From an uncultured Acidobacteriaceae bacterium (GTDB lineage Bacteria; Acidobacteriota; Terriglobia; Terriglobales; Acidobacteriaceae), in NCBI GenBank assembly GCA_963803645.1, contig CAWDNK010000006.1, positions 40,205 through 104,204 on the forward strand: 64,000 bases of DNA, in the 5' to 3' direction. Within the stretch, counting starts at the first letter, position 1. Each line of letters opens with the position of its first letter. The position numbers and the translations under genes are program-made. The notes under the pieces were generated by a model. That model worked only from the letters and a program-made list of their open reading frames with translations, made no database searches and was not told the DNA's origin. Of the stretch, positions 36,057-44,902 are shown piece by piece.

Positions 36057-37109
36057 TCATCCGAGGTAGCCTTTAGCTTTTAACAACTCGGCGTTCAGCA
36101 ACGCCGCCCCGGCCGCGCCGCGAATCGTATTGTGCGAGAGGATGGTGAATTTCCAGTCGAGGACCTTGCAGGGACGCAGGCGGCCAACTGCCGTTGTCAT
36201 GCCTCCGCCAAGATCGATGTCAAAGCGCGGCTGCGGACGATCAGGCGCCGTCAAGTAGATAACTGGCTTTTCCGGCGCGCTGGGAAGACGCAACTTCTGC
36301 GGCTCGGCCGAAAATTCATTCCAGGCGGCGATAATTTCTTCCGCTTTGGCTTTCTTCTTCAGGCGCACCGAAACCGACTCAGTGTGGCCGTCTTCGACGG
36401 CGACGCGGTTGCATTGCGCGCTCATTGCGAATGGAGCCGGCACCACGCTTCCCCCATCGAGCGTGCCCAGCAGCTTTTGCGTCTCCTCTTCCATCTTTTC
36501 TTCTTCATTCTTGATGTAGGGGATGACATTGCCGAGAATGTCGAGCGAGGCCACGCCGGGATATCCCGCGCCGCTCACAGCTTGCATGGTCACCGCCATC
36601 ACGCTCTCAAGCTGAAATTGCCGATGCAGCGGAGCCAGCGCGAGTACCAGCCCGATCGCCGAGCAGTTGGGGTTCGTGACCGCGAAACCTTTGGATTTCT
36701 TGCGCCAGGCCTGGGTCTCGATGAGCGCGATGTGATCGCCATTAACCTCGGGAATCACCAGCGGCACGTCCGCCTGCATGCGAAGGGCGCTGGAGTTCGA
36801 AACTACCGCGCAGCCCGCGTCGGCAAAGCGCGGCTCGAGTTCCAGGGCAATCGAGGCATCGAGCGCGGCAAAAATGATTTTCGGCGCGCCCTCGGGTTGC
36901 GCAGGCGCAACGGTCATCTTCGCAACGCTCGCGGGAATAGCGGTTTTCAGCCGCCAGCGTGCGGCCTCCGCATACGGCCGGCCCTCGGAGCGATCAGAGG
37001 CGGCGAGCCATGCGACCTCAAACCAGGGGTGGTGTTCGAGCATTTGGATAAAACGCTGCCCGACGATGCCGGTGGCACCGAGAATTCCTACAGGAAGTTT
37101 CGTAGACAT
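36057..37109 (-). CDS. asd: Aspartate-semialdehyde dehydrogenase
   Basis: ILGATGIVGQR NAD(P) motif and the active-site Cys context TNPNCSAI. Confidence 0.92.
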   Translation of the reverse strand: MSTKLPVGILGATGIVGQRFIQMLEHHPWFEVAWLAASDRSEGRPYAEAARWRLKTAIPASVAKMTVAPAQPEGAPKIIFAALDASIALELEPRFADAGCAVVSNSSALRMQADVPLVIPEVNGDHIALIETQAWRKKSKGFAVTNPNCSAIGLVLALAPLHRQFQLESVMAVTMQAVSGAGYPGVASLDILGNVIPYIKNEEEKMEEETQKLLGTLDGGSVVPAPFAMSAQCNRVAVEDGHTESVSVRLKKKAKAEEIIAAWNEFSAEPQKLRLPSAPEKPVIYLTAPDRPQPRFDIDLGGGMTTAVGRLRPCKVLDWKFTILSHNTIRGAAGAALLNAELLKAKGYLG

Positions 37110-37135
37110 ATTTGGATAAACAGGTAAGAGGTAAT

Positions 37136-37144
37136 TTTATACCA
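37136..37144 (-). promoter_or_regulatory. Candidate extended -10 element (TGgTATAAA) upstream of asd
   Basis: The minus strand reads TGGTATAAA about 27 nt upstream of the asd ATG, in an AT-rich spacer. Confidence 0.3.
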
Positions 37145-37186
37145 ACGAAAATTTAGATCGGGAGTGACAACTAAACCCCTGCGCCA

Positions 37187-38296
37187 TCAACTCCTATCGT
37201 GGCTGATTTCATGCGGAATATATTCGTTGAGCGGGCCGAACTTGCGCTTTTCGGCGTACAGCCTCCAACGCCGCCACACGATGCGCAAGCTGGCCATAAC
37301 CGGAATCGAAAGATAAACCCCAAGCACGCCGGCGATTTCACCGCCGGCCAGAATTCCGAATAACGCCGCCAGCGGGTGCAGTTCCACGCTGGCTCCCATA
37401 ATGCGTGGCGAGATGACGTAGTCCTGAATCATTCGCCAGATCACCAGAAAAATCACCAGGAGCAGCCAGCGATGATAGCCGGTCAGAACCGCAACCATCA
37501 CCATGGCAACGCCCGCAACCAGCGGCCCGACGACCGGCACAAACTCCAGCGCACCGCCCGCTGTGCCCAGCATGAGTGCAAACGGGAAGCGCATCGCCCC
37601 CAACACCGATGAATAGACGACGAACGAGAACGCCGCCAGCGTGAGTTGGGCGCGAATAAATTGCGCCAGCATGCCATTCAGATCGCTCAGCACGTTTTCG
37701 AGAAACTCGCGCTGCGCGCGCGATGGGATCAGCGAGAGCGCGATTCCGTGGAACATGTCGCCATCGCGCAGAAAAAAGATTGCCAGAATCGGCACCAGGA
37801 AGAGAACCCAGACCTCCTGGGCGGCTTGCGCGGCCCGCACTCCGATACGTTGCGCGAAGTGCGCCAGGTCTCCCCGATGATTGTAGAGAAAGCCTTGAAT
37901 GCGCGCCTGCGTTGCCGCGCTCCAGCCGTGTTCGGCGCTGATGCGCGCCGCCAGGTCGCCGATCGGTCCGGAGATCTGTCCGCTGGCCGCCTTGTCCATC
38001 AGACTCGGAAGCGCCTCGCCCAGGCGCGAGCCCTGGCGGCTGATTCTGGGCCCGGCCAGTACGAAGAAAAGTCCGACCGCCAGCAGCAGCAAAAAATAAA
38101 TGAGTGCCACCGCGCGCGTGCGACCGTGCACGATCTTATCGAGACGCGCAACCGCGGGATTTACCAGGTAGGCGAAGAAGACAGCAAATAGAAACAGAAT
38201 CAGCGTGCGCCGGGCGGCATAGAGAAAGCCCAGGACCAGGGCGAATAGCAGGAGCGTGAACAGAACCCGCGACGTGCGTGAGTCGAGTAGAGTCAC
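37187..38296 (-). CDS. AI-2E family transporter (PerM/YhhT-like permease)
   Basis: About 8 TM helices. The C-terminal core ...GGALEFVPVVGPLVAG...ISPRIMG... is typical of the family. GTG start. Confidence 0.8.
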   Translation of the reverse strand: MTLLDSRTSRVLFTLLLFALVLGFLYAARRTLILFLFAVFFAYLVNPAVARLDKIVHGRTRAVALIYFLLLLAVGLFFVLAGPRISRQGSRLGEALPSLMDKAASGQISGPIGDLAARISAEHGWSAATQARIQGFLYNHRGDLAHFAQRIGVRAAQAAQEVWVLFLVPILAIFFLRDGDMFHGIALSLIPSRAQREFLENVLSDLNGMLAQFIRAQLTLAAFSFVVYSSVLGAMRFPFALMLGTAGGALEFVPVVGPLVAGVAMVMVAVLTGYHRWLLLVIFLVIWRMIQDYVISPRIMGASVELHPLAALFGILAGGEIAGVLGVYLSIPVMASLRIVWRRWRLYAEKRKFGPLNEYIPHEISHDRS

Positions 38297-38348
38297 TGGT
38301 TATCGGCGGCACGGGCAAATTCGTGCCTTCCCCTTAATCGCGAAACAT

Positions 38349-39116
38349 TTAATCGCGAACCACGTCGGTATTTTCGCCTTCAATAGAGATGCGGATTACC
38401 TTGAATTGGTCGTCGAGCCATATCGTCCAGCCGCCGCTCTCCATTCGCAATTCGACTTTGTTGAACTCCTGCATGGTGCCTTTATAGTTGATCTTTTCCC
38501 GTCCCATGTACTCGGCGCTCAGCGGCGACGAGGCATGCTGCCGCGGGTTCAGGGTTCCGAATTGCGAACGCTGCTTAATGGGGCATTGCACTATGCCCTT
38601 TTCCTGTTTACAGGTCGCCGCCAGGAATCGCCAAACCAGCACTTCGCGATGGATGAAAAAGTAATCGTCCAGAATGCTGGTCGAGGGCGGCAGCAGGTAA
38701 GGCTGGTCGTGTTCTTTCTCGCCAGGGCCGGCGCTCCACTTTTGGCTGAGGAACTGATCGTTGGGTGTAATCACCGAGTGGCCTTTGTCCGGGCTGATTT
38801 GCTGCCATTCATAGCGCCGGATATCACCCCCTGCGGTGAGCTCGAGCGTTGACTCCTGCATGGCTGTGTTGGGGTCGTTTTCGGTGGTGAACTCGGATTT
38901 GATTATGCTCCCGGTGTTGGTCTGATCGATGGAAAACTTCTCCGTACCCACGCGATGGCCGCTCATGAATACCCCAAATGAGCCGGAGTCGATGCTCTGC
39001 TTCTCGTGCTCTTTTTTATCCTTGTCCTTGTCTTTGGACGAAGCCGCCGCAGTAGCGGCGCAGACCGCGAGCGCCATGACGGAGATAAGAATGATCAACC
39101 AAAGCCGCAACTTCAC
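38349..39116 (-). CDS. Secreted hypothetical protein
   Basis: Signal peptide MKLRLWLIILISVMALAVCAATAAA followed by a KD-rich linker. No known motif. Confidence 0.6.
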   Translation of the reverse strand: MKLRLWLIILISVMALAVCAATAAASSKDKDKDKKEHEKQSIDSGSFGVFMSGHRVGTEKFSIDQTNTGSIIKSEFTTENDPNTAMQESTLELTAGGDIRRYEWQQISPDKGHSVITPNDQFLSQKWSAGPGEKEHDQPYLLPPSTSILDDYFFIHREVLVWRFLAATCKQEKGIVQCPIKQRSQFGTLNPRQHASSPLSAEYMGREKINYKGTMQEFNKVELRMESGGWTIWLDDQFKVIRISIEGENTDVVRD

Positions 39117-39264
39117 TGGGGACTCTCCTCGTTACTTGTTTCGGACGTGACTAGTCTCGAACTTGCCGGACGAAACCTTTATCCTTATGATCTTAACGAG
39201 AAAGCTTCGCCCGCGGTGTTCAAAAGCGCTTGCCCCGGATGTCTTCAGTAATCAGTCCCAGGGC

Positions 39265-39825
39265 CTAGCCCAGCTGCAACCCGCGCACAATTTCCTCACA
39301 GATCGCCCCGGCGTCCTTGCCCGAGGTCTGCACCACCAGCGCAGCCTGGCGATAAAAGGGAAGGCGCTGCTCATGTAGTTGGGCAAACTGCTCGGGGTCG
39401 TTTCGCAAAGGACGCCTGCCCCCGTCGGCGGCTTCATGTTGCAGGCAGCGTTGCCAGAGCTCAGAAACTGGCGCGTCCAGAAACACTGAAGGCCAAGACC
39501 TCGACCGTAGCAAATCGCGGTTCGTCTCGGCCACGAAGGTGCCGCCGCCGAGCGCGACCACACTGTCGCGCACCAGAGTGCTCGTCAGCTCGCGCAACGC
39601 GCTGGTCTCGGCAGTGCGGAAGGCTGGCTCTCCCCGGCGGCGGAAGATCTCCGCGATGGACTGTCCCTCCCCGGCCTCAATGCGCGCGTCCAGGTCCACA
39701 AAATCCCAGGCAAGCCGACGCGCCAGTTCCTGCCCAACGGTGTTTTTGCCGGAACCCATGAAGCCTACAAGAAACACGGCGCGCAATCCCATGGCGCTCA
39801 TTCCCCAAGGCGCGGCAATAGCCAT
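39265..39825 (-). CDS. aroK: Shikimate kinase
   Basis: P-loop GFMGSGKNTVG and the DLD motif FVDLDARIE. The true start may be at 39801 or 39792. Confidence 0.88.
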   Translation of the reverse strand: MAIAAPWGMSAMGLRAVFLVGFMGSGKNTVGQELARRLAWDFVDLDARIEAGEGQSIAEIFRRRGEPAFRTAETSALRELTSTLVRDSVVALGGGTFVAETNRDLLRSRSWPSVFLDAPVSELWQRCLQHEAADGGRRPLRNDPEQFAQLHEQRLPFYRQAALVVQTSGKDAGAICEEIVRGLQLG

Positions 39826-39858
39826 GCCTTCCCGAATCCTTCAAGAGATAACTTGTGC

Positions 39859-40731
39859 TTATTTTTGTTTGAGGCGGATTTTACCACTGAAAGAGTGCAG
39901 CACTACCTTGGATCCGGCCTGGCCGACGCTGCCAAAGAAGGAACGTCCTCGCTCGAACGGGTAGCGCGAGTGCTGTGGGATCAGGTCGAGGTCGTTGTAG
40001 ACCTTGCCCAGTATGGAATGGGCGCTGAAGGCCGCCGAGGTGCTGGAGGGAACCACGGCTTCGATATCGCCGCTGTGGGTGGTGAACTTATAGTCGCCGC
40101 CCGAGCCGAAATCGCCGTCATAAAAAATCTTACCGCGGCCGGAGTTGGCTCGAACAAAAGGTCCCGTGACAGATTTCATAGCTACCGTGCCGCTGATCGA
40201 CGAAATCTCTACGTGGCCGTTGCTCACATCGCTCAACGTAACCGCGCCGCGCATGGTAGTAACGTGAACGTGACCGTTGCTGACGTTGTGTACGTTGACG
40301 ACAGCATCGGTACCCTCAAACGACAGGTCTCCCTGAAGGTCCTCCGCTGACAGCGGGCCGGTCGAAGAGCGCAGGCTGAGGGTGGCATCCCTCGGGATCA
40401 GCAGTTCGTAATCAACCCGGCCAGTCTGCTGATCTGCTCCCGTCAGGAGGTGCGATGCAATCTCAATGCGATTGCCCCGTTGCTCTTTATCGACCTCCGT
40501 TTTATCCGATTGAGAGATTGCCGTTACCACCACCTCTTTGCTGTCACCGGGCTTTACGGAAATGGCTCCAAACTGCGTGTCGACGGAAATATTGGCATTC
40601 GGACCGACGGTAAAGCGGTATTCCTTCCGCGACTCGGCGAGAGCCATCGATGCCAGGCATGTGGCCAACGCGAGCGTCACAACAGCGGTCTGCTGAAGCC
40701 TTTCCATGCTAAAGCCCCTTCGAGCCGGCAT
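39859..40731 (-). CDS. DUF4097-type putative adhesin / beta-helix protein downstream of the anti-sigma factor
   Basis: Signal peptide (MERLQQTAVVTLALATCLASMALA if started at 40707). Repetitive beta-strand units (...GAISV..., GAVTLSDVSNGHVEISSISGTV...). Confidence 0.6.
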   Translation of the reverse strand: MPARRGFSMERLQQTAVVTLALATCLASMALAESRKEYRFTVGPNANISVDTQFGAISVKPGDSKEVVVTAISQSDKTEVDKEQRGNRIEIASHLLTGADQQTGRVDYELLIPRDATLSLRSSTGPLSAEDLQGDLSFEGTDAVVNVHNVSNGHVHVTTMRGAVTLSDVSNGHVEISSISGTVAMKSVTGPFVRANSGRGKIFYDGDFGSGGDYKFTTHSGDIEAVVPSSTSAAFSAHSILGKVYNDLDLIPQHSRYPFERGRSFFGSVGQAGSKVVLHSFSGKIRLKQK

Positions 40732-40749
40732 AGCCGGCCTACCCTTACC

Positions 40750-41625
40750 CTATTGAATGCGGTCCAATGCTATCTGATAAAGCATCGCCTTCTGTTGATA
40801 GACGTCCAGCAAATGTTGGCGCGCGTCCATATCGCTGGGGTACCTGTTCAGGTACGCCCTGGTCTCGCGGATTTCATTATTCACTGCCTGGAGCTGATTT
40901 GCATAGGTGGCGCGCATGGTCGGAGCGCGCTGCGAAACCTCGGACAAAAACTGGTTGTCCTCAGAGCTCGACGGCTGGGTGAGTTGGGCTTGTTCCGCGG
41001 AATCGTCGTCCGCTGCGGGACCAGAGGGCTGAGCATCGGGCGTAGAGGTATTCTTCGCCACCTCGGGAGCAGCCGATCGTTGCGGTAACGCTTGCGTTGA
41101 GGCTGGCTTTGAAGATTGCACCCGCGCCTGCCGCGTGCTGGGTTGCTTAATAGTGGGTGTTTGGGCGGTCGGCGCCTGGGAAGGTGTTTGCTGGGCTACC
41201 TGCGTTTCCGTTTGCTGGCTAGGCGCTTGTTGCGCGACCGCCGGAGCTGCCGGTGGCGCTGGGCGGTGAATCAGCATGTACGATCCGGCGGCCACAATCG
41301 CCGCTGCCACCGGAGCCAGCCAGAAAGGATTCCATCGCCGCTGCCGCGCAGGCACCAGAACCGGTCGAGTCATCTCGGGTTCGCGGATCAGGCCTTCAGC
41401 CCGCAGCTCCGCGGCAATCCGTGCCCACACTCTCGCCGGCGGATCTTCGCTCTCGCTATCCGACAGATGCCGGGCCTCGCTCGCAATCATCTTGAGATCC
41501 GAGACGAGTTCGGAGCAGTCCGCGCAGGTTTTGAGATGGGACTGGACGTCGATGTGCTGGCTGCCCTCAATGGGGACGCCATCGACAATGTCGGGCAGGA
41601 TTCGATCTACATCGGAACACTTCAT
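40750..41625 (-). CDS. Anti-sigma factor (zf-HC2 type) with TM helix and Q/P/A/T-rich periplasmic linker
   Basis: HLKTCADC is an H-x3-C-x2-C motif. TM helix FWLAPVAAAIVAAGSYMLI. Lies directly downstream of the ECF sigma gene. Confidence 0.8.
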   Translation of the reverse strand: MKCSDVDRILPDIVDGVPIEGSQHIDVQSHLKTCADCSELVSDLKMIASEARHLSDSESEDPPARVWARIAAELRAEGLIREPEMTRPVLVPARQRRWNPFWLAPVAAAIVAAGSYMLIHRPAPPAAPAVAQQAPSQQTETQVAQQTPSQAPTAQTPTIKQPSTRQARVQSSKPASTQALPQRSAAPEVAKNTSTPDAQPSGPAADDDSAEQAQLTQPSSSEDNQFLSEVSQRAPTMRATYANQLQAVNNEIRETRAYLNRYPSDMDARQHLLDVYQQKAMLYQIALDRIQ

Positions 41626-41656
41626 AATGCACTCTCTCCCCGATAACTTCAGTACG

Positions 41657-42247
41657 CTAACCAGTCTTGGCCTTTTCGGCTCTCATGAACTTCAGAAAAT
41701 CCCGCAGCTTCAACCGCGCCTTATGGAGCTGCGACTTGCTGTTCCCAATCGAGCAACCCACCATCTGGGCAATTTCATTATGCTCAAATCCCTCCACATC
41801 GTGGAGTACAAAAACTGTCCGATAACCGGGTGGCAGGCGATCGATTGCCCGCTGCAACTGCAAGCGGTCCACCGAACCTCTCAGCTTGGCATCGTCGGCG
41901 CCGAATTCCTTGCGTGGCGTCTCTTCGTCGGCTTCGAGTGTCTCCTCCAGCGAGACCGACGGCAATCCCTTTTTGCGCAGCTGCATCAGGACGACATTCA
42001 CCGTCATGCGGTGCAGCCAGGTCGAGAACGCGGACTCTCCGCGAAAGGTTGCGATCTTCCGGAAAAGCTGAAGAAATGCCTCTTGCGCTAGATCTTCCGC
42101 CTGCGAAGGATTGGACACCATGCGCAAACATAGGGAGTAGACACGGCGCTTGTGCAGTTGATACAGGGTTTCGAAAGCTGCCTCGTCGCCCTGCTTCGCC
42201 CGCTCAATGGCCTCTAATTCGGTGATTCTTCGCTTCTGGTCGGTCAA
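41657..42247 (-). CDS. ECF-family RNA polymerase sigma-70 factor
   Basis: Region 2 ([19 protein letters not shown]...DLAQEAFL) and region 4 HTH ([21 protein letters not shown]). TTG start. Confidence 0.9.
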   Translation of the reverse strand: MTDQKRRITELEAIERAKQGDEAAFETLYQLHKRRVYSLCLRMVSNPSQAEDLAQEAFLQLFRKIATFRGESAFSTWLHRMTVNVVLMQLRKKGLPSVSLEETLEADEETPRKEFGADDAKLRGSVDRLQLQRAIDRLPPGYRTVFVLHDVEGFEHNEIAQMVGCSIGNSKSQLHKARLKLRDFLKFMRAEKAKTG

Positions 42248-42527
42248 GTCGCCTTTTCCGGCCGCTACTGCATCAGATGCGGCTGCTTACTCTAATCGTT
42301 GTACTGATTTGCCAACCTCGTCGCGCGGGCGCTCCGCGACGTATCGGCTCGCTCAGAATACCAAAAACCGTAGTCAGCAAGGCATTTGTCGGCATTCTTT
42401 TCCGGTAGAAAGTCTCGAGTTAGACGAGCGAGGTCACTTTGGTAATACGTCCTACGCACTTATAGACGCGCGCGAGGTATCAAGCTAGTCAGCCGGATTC
42501 AGCCTCGTCTCTGCGCCCGTCGACAGC

Positions 42528-42670
42528 CTATGCCTTACCCGCCTTAACGGTTTCCAGTCCGCGACCATGCGGACCGACCTCCCGCTCATGCAGTAGGAAG
42601 GCGAAAAGCACACCCAAGAAGCCGAGGACGGAGAACGTCCACATCCCAAGGCGGCAGCCCTCGGGGTTAT
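42528..42670 (-). pseudogene. Possible remnant of an MFS-transporter C-terminus (tail duplication or relic)
   Basis: Reading frame just after the MFS stop gives ...MWTFSVLGFLGVLFAFLLHEREVGPHGRGLET.... This parallels the real tail ...MFACLGVAGLIFAFLLLKSDRRHGGKLEQ.... Confidence 0.3.
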
Positions 42671-43981
42671 TCAGGCTGACTGTTTCTCCTTTCCCTGCTC
42701 CAGCTTGCCGCCGTGACGCCGATCCGACTTGAGCAGAAGGAAGGCGAAGATGAGTCCGGCCACGCCGAGGCACGCGAACATAATCTGCGTTGCAGTGTAG
42801 GTTCCGGTCGCGTCGCGGAGCTTGCCGTTGAGAAGCGGGAATAGTCCGAGGCCCACGTTCTGGATGGCTGTCATTAGGCCGAAGGCAGTGCCCACACGCT
42901 TCTCCTCGACCACCAGCGGAACCGACGGCCACATAGCTGCGGGAACCAGGACGAAGGCTGCGCCCAGCACGATCATGCTTGGGACCGGGTTCCAATGGGT
43001 GAGGCCCATCACGAGGTGGGCGGGAATCAGCATGAGGGAACCGACAACCATCAATGTGGCGCGCCGGCCGATGCGGTCCACCAGGTTACCGGCGAAGGGC
43101 GCGAAGATCATTGACGCGAAGATGACGATGCTGGTAACTCCTGGCGCTGTTGAGAACATGTGCCGGAAGTTGTCAAAGATCTGGGACAGGAAACCGCCCG
43201 TGGACTCGCTGACTAGCGGAAGGCCCCATTTGTCGTGGAACATGTCGGTGGCCAAGGCCGTGAAGGGGAAGATGGCGCTATAGAAGGTGACGCAGAGAAA
43301 GACAACATACCAGTAGGAAGAGTTGAACTTCCGGATGTCGGAGAAGACGATCTTGTCGCCACCCTGCGGCGTCGGAAGCGAGAGCACCTTTTCGCCATGA
43401 AGGTCCATGACGTTGTAGACCAGATTGCAGAGTACGGAGAACAGGCAGAAGCCTGCCGCTGCCCAAAGTGCGATTCGGTAGCTTCCGAAGTAGCGGGCAA
43501 TGAGTTCTTCGGTGTTGAAGCTGAAAAGAGTTCCAATACGGCTGATGGTGAGAGTGATGCCGAAGGCAAGGGCCATCTCTTTACCCTTGAACCAGCGGCT
43601 GATGATCGCGCTTTGCACTACGATCAGCGCTTCCGATCCGCCGCCGAAGATTAACCGCCCGGCGAAGAGTTGCCAGCGCGAGTGAGCCATGGCGACGATG
43701 GTGGCACCCACCAGGACCAGCATGCAGAACAGGAAGCTCGAACGGCGCGGGCCGAGCTTGTCGTAAAGCATGCCCCCGAAGAAAACGATAAGGACGGCGG
43801 CCACGGAGTAGGCGGTGTAAAGATTGCCGATGTCGCTGCGGTCGAGATGCAGATCCGCAATGAGCGTAGGCGCGAGGGCTCCGATGCTGTCGTAGGCGAA
43901 ATAGCTTCCCATCACTATCAGACTGATGAATGCCAGGATGGTGAAGCGGTAGGGACGGCCGGAAGGATGGAAGAATGGCAT
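42671..43981 (-). CDS. MFS transporter
   Basis: About 12 TM helices arranged 6+6. The D/G-R-x-G-R-R-like loop motif YDKLGPRRS follows TM2. Confidence 0.85.
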   Translation of the reverse strand: MPFFHPSGRPYRFTILAFISLIVMGSYFAYDSIGALAPTLIADLHLDRSDIGNLYTAYSVAAVLIVFFGGMLYDKLGPRRSSFLFCMLVLVGATIVAMAHSRWQLFAGRLIFGGGSEALIVVQSAIISRWFKGKEMALAFGITLTISRIGTLFSFNTEELIARYFGSYRIALWAAAGFCLFSVLCNLVYNVMDLHGEKVLSLPTPQGGDKIVFSDIRKFNSSYWYVVFLCVTFYSAIFPFTALATDMFHDKWGLPLVSESTGGFLSQIFDNFRHMFSTAPGVTSIVIFASMIFAPFAGNLVDRIGRRATLMVVGSLMLIPAHLVMGLTHWNPVPSMIVLGAAFVLVPAAMWPSVPLVVEEKRVGTAFGLMTAIQNVGLGLFPLLNGKLRDATGTYTATQIMFACLGVAGLIFAFLLLKSDRRHGGKLEQGKEKQSA

Positions 43982-44225
43982 TTGAATGTGGGTGAAAGGA
44001 CAACCGAACGACGATAGCAGATTGGGATCATCTGGTCATCGGGTCATGTAGGCAACGAGTCAACGGGTTGAATGGCTCGAACTCGTCCTCAGTGTACGGT
44101 TGGCGAGGTTCAGTTTTCCGGCCGGGACTGGCTAGATGGAGGACATTGGGTGAAATGGGGATATTACGACAGTCAGTGGCGAAGGACGACCCCACACCGT
44201 AATCTGACTTTCGTAGCAACGTTGA

Positions 44226-44807
44226 ATGGGCGACAAGAGAGTGAATAGACGGATCATTGTCAATCTGATCAGAGTGCTCGCGGCGCTGGTGGTGTTTGTC
44301 ACGGTCTTCGCCCTAGACGTCCGACCCTCGTGGTGGCTCATAGAGAAACTATTGACTAGAGACGTCTCGTCGAAACAGGACGCTGGCGACCTCGGCTTCT
44401 CAGTGCTTGTTCGCCAGACGAAAAAAGATAATCGTTACGCGGTCGGATATTACCCCGATCTAGAGGAAGATTCGGAACTCGTCACGGAGATTAGTGACCA
44501 TGACATCGCGGCAGTCAATCGAGATCTTCGTGTGTCCGTATCCGACCAAAGGTCGGATTACATTTCCTTTAGAGTTCTGAGGCGTGGAGAAGGATATACG
44601 GACGTGCAACTAGAAACACCAACGACTGCGGACTTCTGGTTCAAGGACTCGTATCGCATAAAGAGTGGCAACGCTTACCTACTTCGAACGATGGGATTCA
44701 GCCCTATGTTCGGGCTGATGGTTGCTACTTTGCCAATACTCACGGGAGTGGTGGCTATTATCTGCGGTGAGCGCCTCCTGAAGAGGCTTGGCGTCGTCGT
44801 CTCGTAG
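44226..44807 (+). CDS. Orphan hypothetical protein with N- and C-terminal TM helices (low-GC)
   Basis: 193-codon ORF on the opposite strand to its neighbours. GC is visibly lower than the flanks. No motif recognised. Confidence 0.5.
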   Translation: MGDKRVNRRIIVNLIRVLAALVVFVTVFALDVRPSWWLIEKLLTRDVSSKQDAGDLGFSVLVRQTKKDNRYAVGYYPDLEEDSELVTEISDHDIAAVNRDLRVSVSDQRSDYISFRVLRRGEGYTDVQLETPTTADFWFKDSYRIKSGNAYLLRTMGFSPMFGLMVATLPILTGVVAIICGERLLKRLGVVVS

Positions 44808-44902
44808 TTGGCGAAATCAGCGTTAGCACAAGTTTGCGCCTCCTGTTCGCCGTTTTCCGTAGGTCGTGAGCGTTCCAGACGTTACCCCAATCTGATCCGG
44901 CT

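Noticed and set aside
42528-42995. The 155-codon ORF overlapping the 3' end of the MFS gene, considered as a real gene.
   Set aside because: Two thirds of it overlaps the MFS CDS in another frame and has an Arg/Gly/Pro-rich shadow composition. Only the last 46 codons look protein-like, and these are reported separately as a possible MFS tail relic.
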